Below the pieces are notes generated by a model. That model did no database searches, had not been told where the DNA came from, and saw nothing but the letters and a program-made list of their open reading frames with translations. Positions 60,750 through 64,000 of a stretch of 64,000 nucleotides of DNA are shown piece after piece. The translations under genes were made by a program, and so were the position numbers. Location: positions 4,224,001 through 4,288,000 of the forward strand of contig OZ223209.1 of assembly GCA_965140415.1 (NCBI GenBank). The letters run 5' to 3'. Numbering within the stretch: position 1 is the first letter of the stretch; every line of letters starts with the position of its first letter. Source of the stretch: Myxococcota bacterium. GTDB taxonomy: Bacteria; Myxococcota_A; SURF-8.

Positions 60750-60947
60750 GGACTTTCGCCTCTATTTGCTTGTGGCGGCCACACCGTCACCCTACCTCCT
60801 TCAGTATGCCAGATTGCCGAAGGACATGCAAGGGCGAGTGCAGGGGGAAGGGATCAGTCAACTAACCTATGTCATCGCAATTTTCCCAGGATCATTGTAA
60901 TTTAACACTCTATCTTCAAAGACATTGCGGATAGGGTTGCTCTTGTG

Positions 60948-60974
60948 GTATTACGATATACAGTTACGTGCTAC
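60948..60974 (+). promoter_or_regulatory. Putative NikR operator upstream of fmdE
   Basis: GTATTAC-N13-GTGCTAC, matching the half-site sequence and 13-bp spacing I recall for Geobacter-type NikR sites. Confidence 0.6.
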
Positions 60975-61027
60975 TACGTCGGGCCGATGGCAATGATATC
61001 AGAATTGGAAACACAGGAGAAATCAAC

Positions 61028-61636
61028 ATGAATCACAGCTTTTCGAAGAACGAAGACTGGACACGTTGCATCACGTTCCACGGTCATGAGTGTCCGGGGC
61101 TGGCCATCGGTTTCAAGGCGGCGCAGGCAGGTCTGGCATGGATCGAATCCACCCATGCCGAGGATGAAGAAGTTGTAACGATTGTCGAGAACGACGCCTG
61201 CGGCGTGGACGCCGTACAGGTTTTGACCGGTTGCACATTTGGTAAAGGTAACTTGGTCCACAAGGATTACGGTAAGCAGGCCTTCACCTTTTTCAATCGG
61301 GACACGGGCCGGGCCGTTCGCTATTCTCTAAAGTCCGGCGTCATTCCGCAGGATGCCCGCTATCGCGAATTGATGATGAAAAAACGCGACGGTAACGCCA
61401 CGCCGGAAGAAGCAGAGGAGATGGGCCAGCGACGAAATGCGCTCATGCAGGCCATACTGGAAAAACCGCTGGTGGAACTGTTTGTGGAATCCGGTCCTCA
61501 AGTGGAATTGCCGGAGAAGGCGCGCGTGCAACGCTCGGAACTCTGCGCCGACTGTGGCGAGCCGACCATGCCGTTAAAGATGATTGAACGGAACGGAAAA
61601 ATGCTCTGCCGGGGCTGTGCGGGAGAAAATGGATGA
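61028..61636 (+). CDS. fmdE: FmdE-family protein with C-terminal zinc finger
   Basis: FHGHECPGLAIG, ENDACGVDAVQVLTGCTFGKGNL and CADCGE...CRGC. Confidence 0.92.
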   Translation: MNHSFSKNEDWTRCITFHGHECPGLAIGFKAAQAGLAWIESTHAEDEEVVTIVENDACGVDAVQVLTGCTFGKGNLVHKDYGKQAFTFFNRDTGRAVRYSLKSGVIPQDARYRELMMKKRDGNATPEEAEEMGQRRNALMQAILEKPLVELFVESGPQVELPEKARVQRSELCADCGEPTMPLKMIERNGKMLCRGCAGENG

Positions 61637-62232
61637 TTGTTCCCCTCGATCTATATGTGCTGGTGCAGAAGCTTGGGCGCTGCACGCCGTCACTGGTATT
61701 GGGCTGGCGAGTGGGTCATTACCTGCGGGAGATGTTCGAGGGCTTGGCCGAGTTGCGCCTGGCGGTCTGTGCGCGAGGAGACTTCTTAGAGGGGCTGCGT
61801 TTGACCCGCACGGAAAACGCCTTTCCGCTGGATCTCGTCGAAACCGACGAAAACGAAGGCTGGCATGCCTGCGCCTGGCACCCCGGAACCGGCACGTTGA
61901 TAGAATTCACTTTCAGCGCCGAGCATGTGGCGATGGACGTCAAAGGGGCAGAATCCAGACAGGACGCCGAACGGCACAATTTCTATGGACTGGCAGCCTA
62001 CGGGTCAGCTTTGGATCGTCAAATCGCCCGCTTGATGGAAGAACCTCTGGAATCGCTATGTAAAATCCGCGAACGCCTGGTAATGAAAAGCCGCTCGGTA
62101 GCGGATGCGTCTCCGGTACGTTGTAGAAGTTGCGGCAAGCTGACTGCCGTTGAAAACCTGTGGCACGCCGATGGAATTCCGGCCTGTTCCACATGCGCCG
62201 GGGTGCATCCGAAATGGATTGAATTGAATTGA
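61633..62232 (+). CDS. Degenerate FmdE-like protein with C-terminal zinc finger
   Basis: KLGRCTPSLVLGWR aligns with FHGHECPGLAIGFK but lacks the His pair; CRSCG...CSTC; ATGA overlap with fmdE. Confidence 0.6.
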   Translation: MIVPLDLYVLVQKLGRCTPSLVLGWRVGHYLREMFEGLAELRLAVCARGDFLEGLRLTRTENAFPLDLVETDENEGWHACAWHPGTGTLIEFTFSAEHVAMDVKGAESRQDAERHNFYGLAAYGSALDRQIARLMEEPLESLCKIRERLVMKSRSVADASPVRCRSCGKLTAVENLWHADGIPACSTCAGVHPKWIELN

Positions 62233-62273
62233 AAAAAGCAAGCTGACCGGTTACTGCGGCTATTGCATGTTAG

Positions 62274-62960
62274 TCAACTCCAGCTTTGCAGGACATCCTC
62301 GAAAGACTTCTGCTGAATCCCCCCCGCACCGCCTTCGATATGCAAGGCTTTGCCGCATACGAGACGCGCGAAATCGATATCGTGAGTGGCGATCAGCATC
62401 GACGCCTCTAGCTTCTGCAACAGCTCGGCCAGCTTTCGTTTGCCAGGCGGGTCCAGCCCGGCAGTCGGTTCGTCCAGCAGCAACAGTTCCGGCTTCGTTA
62501 CCAAGATACCGGCCAGCGCCACTCGCAGTTTCTGCCCGTGGGAAAGCTCGTAAACCGGTCGCTCGGCCAGTTGCTCGATCCCCATGCCCGCAAGGGATGC
62601 ACGGGCGCGCTCCAACGCCTCGGACTTTGGAACTTTACGTTGCCTGAGTGAAAAGGCGACGTCATCGATTACGCGAGGAAATAAAAGCTGGTCTTCCGGA
62701 ACGTTGAACAGGAAACCGACTTTGCCCCGAACCTGTGCCAGCGAATTCGATGCGACCTGTAGTCCGTCTACCGTGATTTCGCCTTTGTAGGCGAGCAGCC
62801 CTACAATCGATTTCAATAATGTGGTTTTGCCCGAACCGTTCAAACCCAAAAGCGCCACCTTTTCACCCGCTTCAATGCCGAAGCTCAGATTTTCGATGAC
62901 CGCTCGCTCCGCTCCGGGGTAGGCGATGCTTACTTGCCTGCATTCCAATCTCATGCTCAA
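62274..62960 (-). CDS. cbiO: ECF-type Co/Ni transporter ATPase
   Basis: GLNGSGKT, PEDQL, LSHGQ, LLLLDEPTAGLDP and ATHD. Confidence 0.88.
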   Translation of the reverse strand: MSMRLECRQVSIAYPGAERAVIENLSFGIEAGEKVALLGLNGSGKTTLLKSIVGLLAYKGEITVDGLQVASNSLAQVRGKVGFLFNVPEDQLLFPRVIDDVAFSLRQRKVPKSEALERARASLAGMGIEQLAERPVYELSHGQKLRVALAGILVTKPELLLLDEPTAGLDPPGKRKLAELLQKLEASMLIATHDIDFARLVCGKALHIEGGAGGIQQKSFEDVLQSWS

Positions 62961-63718
62961 CTCCCTGCGACTCGTACGAGGATGGCGACCAGAAAAGCGC
63001 CTATCCCGAATGTGATGGCCAGGGGCTGTGCAGGATGAGCCGCCCTGTCCCGGGTAATGTCCGTGTTCAGTTCGTAATCGCGTATTTCCATTGCATCTCC
63101 AACACGCTCGGCTCGGTACAGCACGCGCGGCAGCCAGACTCTCGGCAGCGCAGTAGCCAGCACAATCACCGAGCGCCAGCCCATCGACGCGCCACGCACT
63201 CGAATAGCCTGAGAAATGGCGCGCGTTTCCTCGGCCAGAGCATGGGCTTGATGGACGATTTGCAGCAGCAGTTCCGCCAGCGGTTTTGGAATTCGCAAGC
63301 GGACCAAAGCAATTTCAAACTCGTGAAGCCCAAGCGTGGAAGCCGTCCAGGCGCTGATCAATAATGCTGCGATTCCCTTGATTCCGATACGCCAGGCGAC
63401 GGCCCAGGGCATGGGTATCAACAGATCGACGCCTGCTGCGGTTGGCGTTTGCACCCACGGCGTCAATAAGAAGAAAGGACCGAACAAGGTAAAGGCAAAA
63501 AGCAGCAGCGGACCGATTAGCAGACTCGGAGGTTTGACGGAAACAAACCATATCGACGTAATTGCCAGAATGAACACAAAACCGGTTGCCGTTGCGGGAT
63601 CGCTGGCCAGAACCGAAGCGAACAAAAGCCCTCCGGTCAACAGGCGCGTAGCGGGACCGAGAACCTTGACAGGCCCTGCGGCGCTTCCCCACACCTCGAC
63701 GAAACGGTTACAGCTCAT
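62957..63718 (-). CDS. cbiQ: ECF transporter transmembrane T component (CbiQ/NikQ-like)
   Basis: TM helices, ALVRLRIPK, AIRVRG and RAERVGDAMEIR motifs; coupled to the ATPase. Confidence 0.82.
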   Translation of the reverse strand: MSCNRFVEVWGSAAGPVKVLGPATRLLTGGLLFASVLASDPATATGFVFILAITSIWFVSVKPPSLLIGPLLLFAFTLFGPFFLLTPWVQTPTAAGVDLLIPMPWAVAWRIGIKGIAALLISAWTASTLGLHEFEIALVRLRIPKPLAELLLQIVHQAHALAEETRAISQAIRVRGASMGWRSVIVLATALPRVWLPRVLYRAERVGDAMEIRDYELNTDITRDRAAHPAQPLAITFGIGAFLVAILVRVAGS

Positions 63719-63721
63719 CGG

Positions 63722-64000
63722 CTAGTTCATTTCCTTCTCTGCGCTGATTAGATACTCATTGTCGGAATCGACGATTTCCTCAATATCAAAGCCTATCTGG
63801 CGAACGAGTTCGGCAAGCTCGGAAGCAGGAACCAAGACGTCTTTCTGCACGGCTTCACCGGCGTTGGCATGAACGTGATTGATGGTCTGGCGAGAATCGA
63901 TATGCCAGATATGAAGAACGCCGCCAGGCTTTAGAATGCGCTTGATCTCTTGCAGGGCCACCTTCGGATCGGCAACGTGGGGCCACATCGAGAAGCAGAA
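63722..64000 (-). CDS. Class I SAM-dependent methyltransferase, C-terminal part (5' end outside window)
   Basis: FCFSMWPHVADPKVALQEIKRILKPGGVLHI; frame stays open to the window edge. Confidence 0.8.
   Translation of the reverse strand, partial: FCFSMWPHVADPKVALQEIKRILKPGGVLHIWHIDSRQTINHVHANAGEAVQKDVLVPASELAELVRQIGFDIEEIVDSDNEYLISAEKEMN

Overview
Chromosomal 64-kb window of a bacterium that looks deltaproteobacterial/Myxococcota-like. That is an inference from a MYXO-CTERM-type tail, MshEN/PilZ/FHA-TPR proteins, Cys-rich lipoproteins and a Geobacter-type NikR box. Contents: partial fabH; an M29 aminopeptidase; an 11.5-kb minus-strand MerR-headed acyl-CoA cluster (thiolase, hbd, crt, three acyl-CoA dehydrogenases, a split B12 mutase with isobutyryl-CoA mutase signature residues, and a Cys-less thiolase plus DUF35/OB-fold pair); an FHA-TM-TPR protein; tryptophanase; several secreted acidic lipoproteins and hydrolases carrying DGD motifs; lgt; fadN-fadA with a FadR/YsiA-type operator; a tandem double radical-SAM enzyme; a subtilase; a MATE pump; one intact IS4 element; an orphan ImuA-like gene; a TPR-GT41 glycosyltransferase; a 3x143-bp REP-type tandem repeat; two beta-propeller lipoproteins behind a sigma-54 promoter; and an FmdE pair converging on Ni/Co ECF genes. 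The most striking unexplained signals are: (i) two convergent arrays of 10-11-bp repeats phased at the DNA helical period in the 47.7-47.9 kb intergenic region; (ii) a probable selenoprotein (FmdB-type zinc ribbon, in-frame TGA followed by a GGUC-loop SECIS hairpin); (iii) a structured candidate sRNA at 56.65-56.80 kb. No rRNA, tRNA or CRISPR array was recognised. All family assignments come from motif recognition by eye, not from database searches.
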